Assembly (NCBI GenBank): GCA_003971905.1
Contig: RSEE01000072.1
Span: forward strand, 62,001-126,000
DNA: 64,000 nt
From: Moniliella sp. 'wahieum'
Lineage: Eukaryota
Direction: 5' to 3'
This document shows, piece by piece, positions 13,149 to 24,558 of the stretch. The position numbers and the translations under genes were made by a program. Position 1 is the first letter of the stretch; each line of letters opens with the position of its first letter. Under the pieces are notes generated by a model. That model was given only the letters and a program-made list of their open reading frames with translations, had not been told where the DNA came from and did not search any database.

Positions 13149-16007
13149 TTAAAACAGAACTTCTTGGGGGTATTCGACACTCACACACACCGTCCCGTTG
13201 GGTGTCGGGGCAAAAGGGGGTTTATTTGCTGTTATTGAGATCGCGGCCGTTCTATTGACGTAGATCAGCGCCCCCGAAGCTTGTAGTGTATTCACGTTCA
13301 ATGCTGATTCAACGAGACCTCCATCCGAATCGTACGTAGGTTCCCGCACGATGCCCATAACGAGCATGCAAGTGATAGACGAGCCAATCGAGAGCGCACC
13401 AGAGAGGGTATACTTCATCCTGTTTCATACGCAGGGAGAGACAAAGTGAGCGTTAGTATGAAATGAAACTAACCGAGACGGGTGGGAGGGAAACGTACGA
13501 AAGCCAGTAGTTGCGTTGGTGGGAACGATTGAAACAGTAAGAAAACAGCAGACCAAAGAAGATCCAGGAAGTGTAGCTGATTGCATTGTTAGAGGTCCAG
13601 TTGGAGATACACCCAAAAATCACAGGCACAACGATCCAGGCTGGTTTGCAGCGGTAGATCATCGGGCGCCATCGGGATAGGGCATAGACTGGGAAGGGCA
13701 ACAAGGCACCAATCAAGAACCCATACAAGGTCCAGGAGTAGAGTTTCAAGAAACCAACGTAAGGCCCCACTCCACCCCAGTATAGAACATCGCTCCAGTA
13801 ACCAGCCGAATTAGAAGCATCATTGTTCGATACCATCACCATCATGTCGGATTTCTTTACGAACCTGCCTTGTTGGATCCAGAGCCCAGCATGAACCAAA
13901 CCACAAGCAATTTGCACACCGACTTGGGTAAGAAAGTTGACACGCGGAGGAATCTTGAAGTAATGGCATAGCTTGGATCCGCCAGCAAAGAGCGCCGCTT
14001 GCTGGACCACATTGTTGCTGAACAGGCTGAACAAGACGAGGCTGGAGGTGTTGTGCTCGAACATGAGTCCGGCAAGAAGGCATGAAAAGTGACGAAGGGA
14101 GACTTGGACTCCAGTTATACCCTGGACCAGGCAGATGGGAACAGCAAAAATGGAGGCCACAATAAGTGCGACGAGTAAACCCCATACGGGAAAACTAGTG
14201 TGGTACACATGAATCGCTGGGATGCAAATGCGCCGCACAGACTTAATACCACAAGATTCCACCAAGCGGGCACTTTCTTATAGTTGGTGAGGATGGCGCG
14301 GGTGTGAGGATCGTACGCGCTAGGTGGCTTACGCCGTAACCAGTGGTGGATATCTTTCCCATGGAAGAGTCCAACATGCACCAACACAGATGACACTGCA
14401 ATGAAAGAAAAAAAGATGGCAACCACACCCATGGCAGTCAAGTATGGGAATGAGTAATTGTTGTACTCATCAGATGAAAACCACAATGGTTCCTCCATCG
14501 AACGGTTATCCGCATGGAGGCCCAGGTACGTGTATACTTCCACTGTGAAGTCATACGGATGCGGATCCGAAAAGGGAATATTGCCCGTGTGCTGTGTGTT
14601 GGTACACATGAGAGCAACCCCAAGAATACATCCACCCAAAAGGACTCCAACCAGAACGCACAGCAACACATACCGCGGCACAATCAATGGTGATAGCCCC
14701 ATTGCCGTCACAACTTCGTACCAATCTGGGGTGAGCATATGCAGACCTAACCCACCGTCGCCACCAAAGATCAGGTTGGCAGCAAACGAAGTAGGCGCAA
14801 TCCAAGGAATGAAGCTGAATGTTTGTAGTGGTGTGAAGACCAAGCGTGGTACCACTTCCCATGCGGCGATGAGTACCAGGACGAGCCAGAACACGGTTCG
14901 CATGGGCCAATGAGTGACCCGGATCCCGTGCAGTGTGGTCAGCACCGCTGATGTCTCCAGCTGGACGGGCCATACAACCGGCTCGGGCCAGACAAGTACC
15001 TTGTGGGCTAGACTGGCAAGAGGGAAGCCGGTGAGGGGGGCTGCGATGGAGAGAAAAAGATAAACCCACTTCGCCATTGTTTCATCAGTTCGCTTATATT
15101 TCCATAGGTCGTGCCGACTGTCCAGCGTGTGCTTACGTCGGCTGTAAGCATCATGAGGGTCTGGTTGGGCCCAGTGGCGATGCCAGCAATTACGGTGAGA
15201 ATCCTGGAACAGACATAATGGGTTCGACTAAGTAGCATATAGCAGAGGAATGAGAGGGCGAGAGCAAGATCAAACGTACGCATGTTCCTTGCAGTTGAAG
15301 GGCCCGGGATTGAAGAAACGCTTGTAAGGCCAGTGGTCGGGGTAGGGAATCTTGGACATGAGCAGGCCTAACCCATAAGCAAAAGGCTGAATAAAGACGG
15401 ACCCTACCAGCATTGAGGCATCGCTTCTAGGGAAGACAACGTCTAGCTCAAAGTACAAGATCGATATTCCGGCTGTAATCAATGACCCAAGAAACCACAC
15501 CCTCACCGTATTGATTGGCAGTGAAGGATCATCTTGAGTGGGCACTGTGGCGCGAACTTTAGGGAGAGAAGAGATGGCTTGGTCAAGACCTGCATCGGTA
15601 TTGTCCCCCGTTTCTTGATCGGTCATCGAAGCGTTGGCAGCATGGCTCAGAATGCCGTCTTTGTTCTGGATACCGTCTGTGTCCATATCCGCAGAGTAAT
15701 CAGGTATGCGATGCATCATCTCCAGGAGCGATCTGTAATCCGGATCTGTCGCATCCTCGTCGTGCTGTTGTGTAGATAAATACAATGCCTGGAAGTTGCC
15801 TGTGTTGAAAGATCCGGGACGGATGGAATCCTGGCGGGTAGATGGGGGTGTGTCGTCAGTGGGGGGGCGACGAGCACCAGTGGTTCCGGTCATGGGCTCT
15901 CCATCCAGGTCTTCGGCACCGGTGAGACTCGGCGACGGTGGGTTTGACGACATGGACAACGACAATAATGACCTGGTGGCCTCGGCGGCAGCATTGGCGC
16001 TCCACAT
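13149..16007 (-). CDS. OPT family oligopeptide transporter, paralog 2 (most intact)
   Basis: SLPKVRATVPTQDDPSLPINTVRVW, NPGPFNCKEH, KLCHYFKIPPR; introns at 15204-15279 and ~13420-13498; apparent frameshift near 14265. Confidence 0.92.
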
Positions 16008-16328
16008 GTTTGGCAGAGCGGGCGGCTTGAAGACGATGAAGGAGAAGTGGAGACGCGGACGAGAACTGCAACTGTGGATGCCGTGGGGAAGAAGTGGTGG
16101 CGGGGAGAGAGGAGGAGGAGAGTGTCGGGTGAGCTGTTCTCTATACCGACAACTCTTGCTTCTGCGTTTGATCGTCCTTTTATATTTCGTGAAGTGCCCC
16201 TGATAGGGTGTCGCAAGTCCGGCGCCTCCATTCGGACAGGCTTGTATTCGTCTAATAAGAAGCCGCCGAGGATGGCTTCTAGAAGCGAAAAATCGACCCC
16301 TGGCGGCCTGCGGCTTGCGTATGATATG

Positions 16329-16610
16329 TGTAGCAAGGCTGCGTAGAACCGGCTTGGGCGGCAGTAGCGTGTCTGAAGCGTTCGGACTCAGGGACGGTGA
16401 GTGGCAGCGGATGAGGACTCACACTGCCGGACTGGAGCTGGACTGGGACTGGGGGTGAGCTGGGCTTCGGCGCAGCACTTGTGAGGAACGTGCGAACTGG
16501 GTTGTCTGAGGTACGGAGACCTGAATATTGGGGCGCGAGGAGCACCCACGAGGAGGAGTTGCCTGTCCCGGGCTGATCAACTCGCGAGGAGAGCAGAGAT
16601 CGACAAAAAG
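16329..16610 (+). repeat. Repeat family A, copy 3 (5' part), ~55 bp upstream of tRNA-Ser
   Basis: TGTAGCAAGGCTGCGTAGAACCGGCTTGGGCGGCAGTAGCGTGTCTGAAG aligns to 30952-31010; similarity continues to GATCAACTCGCGAGGAGAG. Confidence 0.7.
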
Positions 16611-16666
16611 AGACATCCTTCCGGCTGTGGGTACAAATAGGGATGCTAATAGCCGCACAACAATAA

Positions 16667-16780
16667 GACGGTTTGTCCGAGTGGTTAAGGAGACTGACTT
16701 GAACTTCTGTGTTCAACGCCTTCTGAAGGCGAGCGATCAGTTGGGCTCTGCCCGCATAGGTTCAAATCCTGTAGCCGTCG
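16667..16780 (+). tRNA. tRNA-Ser (anticodon TGA) with 32-nt intron (16704-16735)
   Basis: Acceptor GACGGTT/AGCCGTC+G, D-loop AGTGGTTAA, anticodon stem ACTGA/TCAGT, long variable arm GGGC-TCT-GCCC, T-loop GGTTCAAATCC, downstream T-run (Pol III terminator). Confidence 0.95.
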
Positions 16781-17464
16781 AACTTTTTTTGTCTTTTTTT
16801 TTGTATTGGCACAGCACATGGCATTAGTATGGGCAACGTTCAAAGCCCCCCAGTGCTGCTTGGTCGCTTGCTGTTCCGCCCACGCAGATCCCCGCAGTAC
16901 CCTCTGCCAACCGACATGTGGACTCTTGCCTCAGTTGGACTCGGTGGATGCGGCGTATGGATTTTCTTCTTGCAGCTACCCTTTGCCCGTCGCGCTAGCC
17001 CGCCCTGCCCACGGGGACAAAACGTGGTCGATGCCAGCAACGCCAATCCAAGCAAGATGAGCCAGATGCGAGGAGGCCCCCCATCGAAGGCGTCAGAGTG
17101 GAAGCAAATTCCCGTGTGCCAAAAGCAACCAGTCCTGCCGGGACGAGATTGACTCAACGCTCGGCCGTTCCACAGCCTTACCCTCCTCTACGCCAGCGCG
17201 CCTGCAATCAAGCATAAGCACAACCCCAACCCAGTTATAGACCAGGGTAACCTGTCTCGATGGCTGTCCCGCCCCCCCCCAATACCAATGATTGGATGGT
17301 GGGATTACCGTCCAGGCCTGTAGGCATGGTGTAGCCCACCCATGTGTATACCCTTCTGTAGTGCCCTAGTCCTGACGGGCCTGAAGGCATGATGCACCTC
17401 CCTTCCAAGCCCCCCATCATTGACAAGCAGGTAAGAACACAAGTCTGTTTCATTGCGCATACGC

Positions 17465-18265
17465 CTAGTACTCCATCTCCTCTGCGAGCTTGTACTCGGG
17501 CTCGTCGTACGAATGCAGCGAGATCTTCATCACCTCGTTTTCGAGGCCGTTCCGGACAAAGGCCTAAGCGAATCCAGCAGTCAGTACAACAATTCCCAAC
17601 ACAACCCAAACCCAAACCCAAACCCAAACCCGCACAGCCAGCCGACTCAAGACATACCCGATCCAACGCTTGCTTCTCGGGCGTCACAACGTAAACCAAG
17701 CCGCAGAACACAGCACCGACACCCAACGTGTACAACCACGGCTTGAACAAGTCCCACGCCGTCATGTGGCTCACCGGATCGGGAGCCCACATGGTGAGAA
17801 CTTCTTCTTCCGGGTGCATCTGCCCAACAAAGAAACGCATCAGGACTGATTGCCCTTGCGCATAAGGAGGAGGTAGGTAACTGGAGAGGGGGGAGGGACG
17901 TACCACTTGGTCAAACTGGAGGTGGAACTGGCTGTTCCAGTAGCGCGTAGTAGACTCGGGCTTGTCGCGCGCATGGATGCGAGGCACCTCGGGGTAGCCG
18001 TTGTACTGCACGTCCTTGCTCGGGGTCTCGCCCGGGTGGAGGAGGGGGACTTCGATCGGGTCGAAATCGGGCTCGCGGTCGTCCCGGATATCAGTGAGGT
18101 TGCCGGGGTAGTCCAACGGGTAGACCTTGGCGGCGGCTGACGCTCGTGGACCCAAGTCTGGCGCATACGAATGCTGATGTGGTGAGGCGCCAAGGGACGT
18201 GGCGGTGCGCGCGAGGAGGCGAGCAGCGGCCGCACAAGCGACCCCAGCACGCGGAGAAACGACAT
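17465..18265 (-). CDS. NDUFB8: NADH:ubiquinone oxidoreductase subunit NDUFB8 (ASHI)-like, two introns
   Basis: Arg/Ser/Leu-rich mitochondrial presequence, YNGYPEVP...YWNSQFHLQFDQV|MHPEEEVLTMWAPD, one TM helix, last exon AFVRNGLENEV...EY*. Confidence 0.75.
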
Positions 18266-18836
18266 GGACAGCACGCTCAACTAACCCTCGACGGTGGCAG
18301 CGACGGGCGCCGACCCAGCCGAGCCCCCACCAGGCCTCGCCCGACCAGACGAGCCAACGCGCCGAGCGTTGATTAATAAAGCACCACCGTTCCGCCCTGC
18401 CCATTCCGCTGCGCTGATGTAATCGGCCCTAACCCGCTTGGTTTGAAATGGATGCGGTTGGTTCTTAGTTACTAATCATCCATCGCCACTCATCGATCAG
18501 ACCAACGGGTTGTGCGGCTTAGATTGTGGCTCCCCTCGGGCTGTCTTCTCGCCCCCAACCACCACCACCATCTCCTGGGGGACGGAGATGTTGGGCCAGG
18601 TAGAGGGTGCAGCAGGCTCTCGCACGCTCTGCCCTCCTCCCGCGCCCCAACCGCCAAGCCCCACCCGAACTTGACGGCTCATCGAGCTCATCCGAGATCT
18701 CTGTACGTTCATGCGTTCAATATTCAACCAGAGGGACCACCCACCTAGCCTACGGCCCAGCTTGCTACCACCGATCCGCCATCCCACCGTAGCCACCGTT
18801 ACGCGTTACGCGTTAACCCGAAAGGCCCTGATCGAT

Positions 18837-18985
18837 GATTTCCTGGCGATTCCCCTGGTACCCTAAGCGGGATTGGCGCTAAGGCTTAGCGCTTAGCGCC
18901 AACAAGCAACACACGCCAATTGAACGGGCCCGTCTAGGCGTAGCGTTTCGTTGTCCCAGCCTTAAGGATGTCAATGATATATGGT
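18837..18985 (+). mobile_element. Degenerate ~150-bp 3' end of the CRE-like retroelement
   Basis: TCCTGGCGATTCCCCTGG...TGAACGG...AGCGTTTC..TGTCCCAGCCTTAAG..TGTCAATGATA aligns to 11910-12040. Confidence 0.65.
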
Positions 18986-21216
18986 TAGTACTTCGTACTT
19001 AGTGGGTGTATCCTTGAGTACCGGGGCACGTACCCTACCAGACCCTACCTAGAAGTCCTCGCCACATGCCCATGTCACAGCGGCTGTAAGATAAGACGTA
19101 AGAAGTAACAATACGAGTGATACACGTGTGGGGTATGCTGCGGAGACAATCGATAGTCAATAATCGGTGAATCATCGATTGTCGATAGTCGAAGATAGAT
19201 GGTCGAGTCAAGAAGGAAGATGGAGTCCTCGAGGGAGGAACACTGATTTTGAGATTCGAACCTTGGAAAAAATGTTGAGGTTCTTACCCGTTTTTTTGCG
19301 CTCTTCTTTCCTACAGTACACAGGCAGGGACCTGTTGAAACCGTTAGGTGACTTACATACCGTCTTCTGCACTGCTAGTAGACAGCCTGCTTCCTCCGCG
19401 CTTCCTCATATATTCGGATCTTAGTTGGGAGATCTCTGAATAGCTGGTGTCGTCCAGCGTTACTACCTCCTCTTTCTTCCTCATCGGCACCGTGGTACAG
19501 CGTCGTAGGGAGGTTTGGGGGGGGGAGGTTGGGGTAGTTCTTATAGCACCTGAGAAGCACTTGGTACTTGGTGGGATTCCAAATTTCAGGCCAACACACA
19601 GTTGTCCAGGAACACTTGGGTCCTCGCGCCTACGTATGTTGGGCATCCCTCATCGGCCTTATCGAATACCCATATCGCTGCTGGCCTACGATGGCCAGGG
19701 CTGGCCAGGGCTGGCCCCTTCGATCCAATTCCAAACCCAGCAAGCCTCGATCCAGCCGCCACGAGCTCCACCAGCTCCACATCCCCCACAGCTTCAAAGC
19801 TTCAAGCTTCAAGCTTCCAGCTTCAAGCGAGCCAAGCCGGGTACTAACCATATAAGTGCGCGTTACGCGTCAGGAAGTATTATTTAGGCAGTGGCCAAGC
19901 AGTGGTTAAGCAGAGCAGAACACGGCACAAGCCCAGCGCCCAGCATCCTTCCAATTCTTAGATCTTACGCGTTACGTCTCTGCCAAGTAGCTCGTAAGAA
20001 TTTTTACATCGTTCTCCACCCACGTAGGTGATGGTCACCTAGGCCACTCACGCCACCCTAGCCAGCCTAACTGGCTTATCACCGCGTCTCCAAGATCTCA
20101 GATCTCACCGGCTCACCGTCCTTGCCATCCTGCATACGGGCGTACTCTCACTGGGTCTCGATTGCACAGAGTACTGATGCACTGATGCACTGACGCAGTG
20201 TGACATGGGTGCCGAACGCGCCGAACGTTGAACGTATTGGACGTTAGTACTTAGTGAACGTACGTTGGACGTTGGACGCACTGACGAACGTACATTCCAG
20301 CCCCCCTTTTGTCCCTCCCCCCCCTTCCCTTCAGAGCTTCAAGCTTCAAGCTTCAAGTTGAAGCTTCAAGCTTCAAGCTTCAGGGCCGCAGGCCTCAGGG
20401 CAGGAATATTCTTTAGCTTCTGAAGCTCATGTGCAATGCAATACACCATCATCGACACATCTGCCTGCTCTTGGATCTTGAACACGTTCACTACGTACGT
20501 CACTAGTTAGCGCTCACGCGCTCACGCTCTGGCGCCTAGGGGCCTGGCACGCCACGAACGCTCTATGCCCTTGGTCCCTCGCGCGAGCGAGCCGGTACGT
20601 TCGGTGTCGATATATGTACTCAGTAACTCAGTACTCAGACTCAGTATTGAGATCATTAATTCATTGAGAATTGAGATCGATCATTGAGACTCAGTACTCA
20701 GTACTCAATTCTGAGACTGAATACCTCAGTGGTCAAGAATGGATGATGATCGATAAATCGTGGGGGGGCCGCGTGTCTACTATTTAGCTGCGGCTGCGGA
20801 TGGACGGCCTGCCACGCAAGTCCGATGCTTGAGATGGTTGAATACGGTGAGTACGTCAGTACTCAGACTGAGTACGTCCACCGAGACCAATGATTTAAGG
20901 ATTCATGATGAAATCTTGCGGCTTTTTGGCTCCAGGAAACACACTGGAGATGGCAACGCGCAAGCCGTCTTCCTCGGTTTCCAATCGCCACACCACCACA
21001 TCTTCTCTTCGTCTCGCTCAGTCCGGTTCTCGTGGACTTCTTTCGTGGTTGGCCTTGGTTTATTTGCTTGGGAGGCTTGGCAGCCTAGTCCGTTTTGGCG
21101 GTCTGCTCTTTTCCTAGCATCCCCACAGCACCTACCTCGTTTTGGTTCCCCGTTGATCGTGTGTTCTCTCTCTCCTGTTGGGGGGTCGGTCTGAACTCTG
21201 AACTGGTTGGGTAGTG

Positions 21217-24200
21217 ATGGTCCATGGTGGCAACCCAATGCACTGGGCCGAAGACGGCTCCGATTCGGCCGCTCCGGCGTTAATGCAAGAAGTGTACTAC
21301 GACGAAGCGCACTTATTTTACCTGCCCTCCTCCCCTGCACCCCCGCCGCCTCCTCCAACCGTACCTACTGCTAGTACGCCCTACCCACCCCGTGATGCGA
21401 CCTGGTACCCTTCCGATGCGCACGACGCAAGAACCACCTTGTTGCTCGAGCAACAGCAACAGCAGCAAGAGGAAGTGGAAGAGGAAGAGGACGTGGGTAT
21501 GATACGGCTACCAGCACAAGCACATTATTCCATACGTCACGACCCCGTTTCTACCCTTTTATCCGTTTCTCCCTTAACTTACAACACGGGCTCGGAGGCC
21601 AACCGTCTTTCGTCCCTGACCTCCCCCTCGTTGGACTCGATCTTGACCAAACGCCGCGCTGGGATCGAGGATGACGAATGGTCCTTGTCCAACGACCATA
21701 CCGCTGTGTCTGACGAACCGCTAGGTCTCAAGCGCGAGAAAGGAGGCCGAGGGTGAAGCTCGAGGAGGAAGAGGATCAAGATGAAAAACTACAACAACAA
21801 CAACATCGACAACTACAATTACAACTACAACTACAATTACAAGACGAGGAAGAGGAAGAGGGAAGGAAACAGAACGTCATCCTCTCTCTATCGTTCCTCC
21901 TGAAGTACGCAGAACGGTACCCAACGACGACGATCCCGACATGCCGTTCAACACATTACGCGTCTGGCTCTTAGCTGTGCCCCTCGGGCTCTTGCTGGCC
22001 GTCGCAACGTTTCAGTTGGACATCAATGTGACTCGAGGAAATGGCTCCATCATCGTAGGTGCCGTCCTGGTCCAACCCATCTGTTTTGGACTGGGAAAGC
22101 TGCTGTCCTACCTGCCCTACCCGGCACAGTGGCCCTGCGCTCGGTTTGTTAATCCCGGCCCGTTCAATTTGAAGGAACATACGTGCGTAGTTGCTCCTTC
22201 CATTTGTGTGTGGGTTGGGTTTAGGTTTGGGTTTGATATTGGTCTCTGGCCTGCGGTCGTCTGGGGAGATATGAAGGGGGGGGTTGCTAACCTGCATTTT
22301 TTGCTTTTTCTTTGTTCGGACATATTAGGATCATCACGATGGTGGCTACCGTTGTGACGGGACCCAACTTGACCATGCGCTACATTGGCATCATGAGCAT
22401 GGCACCTTGTCGCGTTGCGTTGGACCCCATCCAAGGTGCAAGCGAGTGCACGCAACAAGGTGCTTGGCCCCTCGGCTTTCTCGCGCTCATCCACCTCTCT
22501 TCGCCCTTGGTCGGACTGGCACTAGCAGCTTAACGGCTCGCATCTTGATCCGACCCGGTAAAATGACTTGGCCCACCCAGTTACAAACGGCAGCCATGTT
22601 GACCAGCTTGCATGGCGTTCGAAGACAACATTGGTCGCCTACCAAAGTATTCTACTCTATTGCGGTAGCCTCGTTGTCTGGGCCTTTGTGCCCCAACGGC
22701 TGTTTGTCCCGCTCAACAGCTTTAGTTGGCCCACCTGGATCGCGCCCAAGTCGTTCGGCGTCAACTTGGTCTTTGGCGGGATTTCGGGACTGGGACTCTC
22801 CTTTGTCTCGCTTGACTGGTGGAGCGTGACGGCCGCATTGGGCTCCCCATTGCTCCCGCCCATTTCGGCTGTGATCAACACATTTGTCGGGTGGCTGTTG
22901 GGCCCGTGCTTTGTAGCTGTGCTCTTGTTGTTTACCAACACCAAGGGCAGTGCCCATTTGCCCATCAATGGAGCCGAACCGTTTTTTGACAACCAAGGTC
23001 ACATCTACCAGTTCCAAGGATTACAACCTACCTTGTTGCCCAACTCTTCCGTCGCCAGTTTGCCCCACAGCGTCCAGTTTAACCAAACTGCGTTTGATGC
23101 CTACTCGTACCCGTACCCCACCCCAGGCGCTGTGGTTGGCATTGCATTTTCGTTCGCTGCCGCATCGGCTTTGATCGGGCACACGCTCTTGTTCCATTGG
23201 TCCGACGTCGGACCAAGGGCGTGGCGCACAAAGCGCAGACAGGAACTGGACCAACATGAACGCTTAATGCGTCGGTACCGCCCAGTACCCCTGTGGTGGT
23301 ACGTGGCCTTGTTCGTGGTCAGCATGGCCTTGGCCGCACCCATGGTGCGCGTGTACCATACGGGGATGCCCGTGTGGGGACTGGCGTTGGCAGTGGGGTA
23401 TGCAGTGGTGTTTGTGGTGCCGGTGGGTCTGTTGATGGCCTTGACGGGGATGCAGGTGACGGTGGACAACCCAGCCAGTCTGATTGCCGGTTTGGCGTTT
23501 GATCATGGTCTGGCTACACCCTTGTTTTGGTTGTACTCTACCGCGACGGTGCAACAGACCATGTTGTTTCTCGGCTGTGGCAAGCTAGGGCACTACTTTA
23601 AGATCCCGCCGCGCGTCACGCTCGCTGTGCTCGCCGCAACACAGGGCCTGACGGCGCTGGTGCAAGGGGGGCTGTGGGTGTTGCACGGGACGAAGCCCGT
23701 GCGCCAACGCAGTGGCTGCATGTCCAGCATGGCGGCCGAAGCGCTGTACTGGGGAGCCATCCGACCGCACCGGGCCTTGCTCCGCACGCATGCGTGGACG
23801 CTGTTCTTCTTTCTGGTCGGGGCCGTGCTGCCGCTGCTGGGGTACGGCGCACATCGCCTGGGCATCCGCCTCGGCAGCTGGCACATGCACCACATCTGTT
23901 TCCCGCTCGTCCTGGGCGGCGTGGTGGCGTGGCCGTCGAACTGGTCCATCTCGTTCACGTCGTGGGCCGCGGTGCGGGTGGGATTTGATGCGCTGTTTGC
24001 GCGCTCGCACCAGCTCAACTATTGGTGTGGGCTCGGCCTGCTCGTGTCGGCGGGCCTGTCGGTGGGGACGACGATGACGGTGGCGCTGGTGGGCTTGATT
24101 TGGCCGCGCGGGGAGTCTGCGTGGCACATGCCCTCGCCGCTGGACCGCGCGATGGAGGTGGGCACGGGGCCCGGCATTGTGTGGAAGCCGCTGGGCGCCG

Positions 24201-24237
24201 GACAGGTGTTTGCGCCGGCGCCGGGCGGGGGGACTAA
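21217..24237 (+). CDS. OPT family oligopeptide transporter, divergent paralog 3
   Basis: PEVRRTVPNDDDP.MPFNTLRVW, NPGPFNLKEH, KLGHYFKIPPR, YRPVPLWWY; intron ~22183-22329; long acidic/Q-rich N-terminus; several frameshifts; end inferred. Confidence 0.9.
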
Positions 24238-24558
24238 CAGGAAACTATGCATTGCATTGGACTCTGGATGGGGGGAAGATAGCCCATCCTGCGTGGTTTA
24301 TATAGATCGAGCAAGTCGTTCATCTCAACACGGCCTGAAAGATTTCAGAGACGATGGCAGGCGAAGCAACACAGCCCTGGCAGGCGCACGCGCGCAGACA
24401 GAGCAGTGGCCCCGTGCCCGTATCCCACACGGCGCCTGTGCCCTCCACGTCACCCGGGCGTGTGGCTGGCCCCATGCGGTGTGAGCGAATTGTGGTGGGA
24501 ACGAAAAGCGCGCAGAGCACGCTGGTGGCCACGCCAGTTCCTGCGCGCCAATTCCGCC

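Noticed and set aside
16667..16780. tRNA with long variable arm as tRNA-Sec or a suppressor
   Set aside because: The anticodon is TGA (reads UCA, Ser), not TCA. It has a standard 7-bp acceptor stem, and the extra length is a canonical intron after position 37.
17602..17630. (AAACCC)n as telomeric repeat
   Set aside because: Only about 4-5 units, inside an NDUFB8 intron, and not TTAGGG.
19167..19700. Short ORFs between NDUFB8 and OPT3
   Set aside because: No recognisable motif or consistent exon structure.
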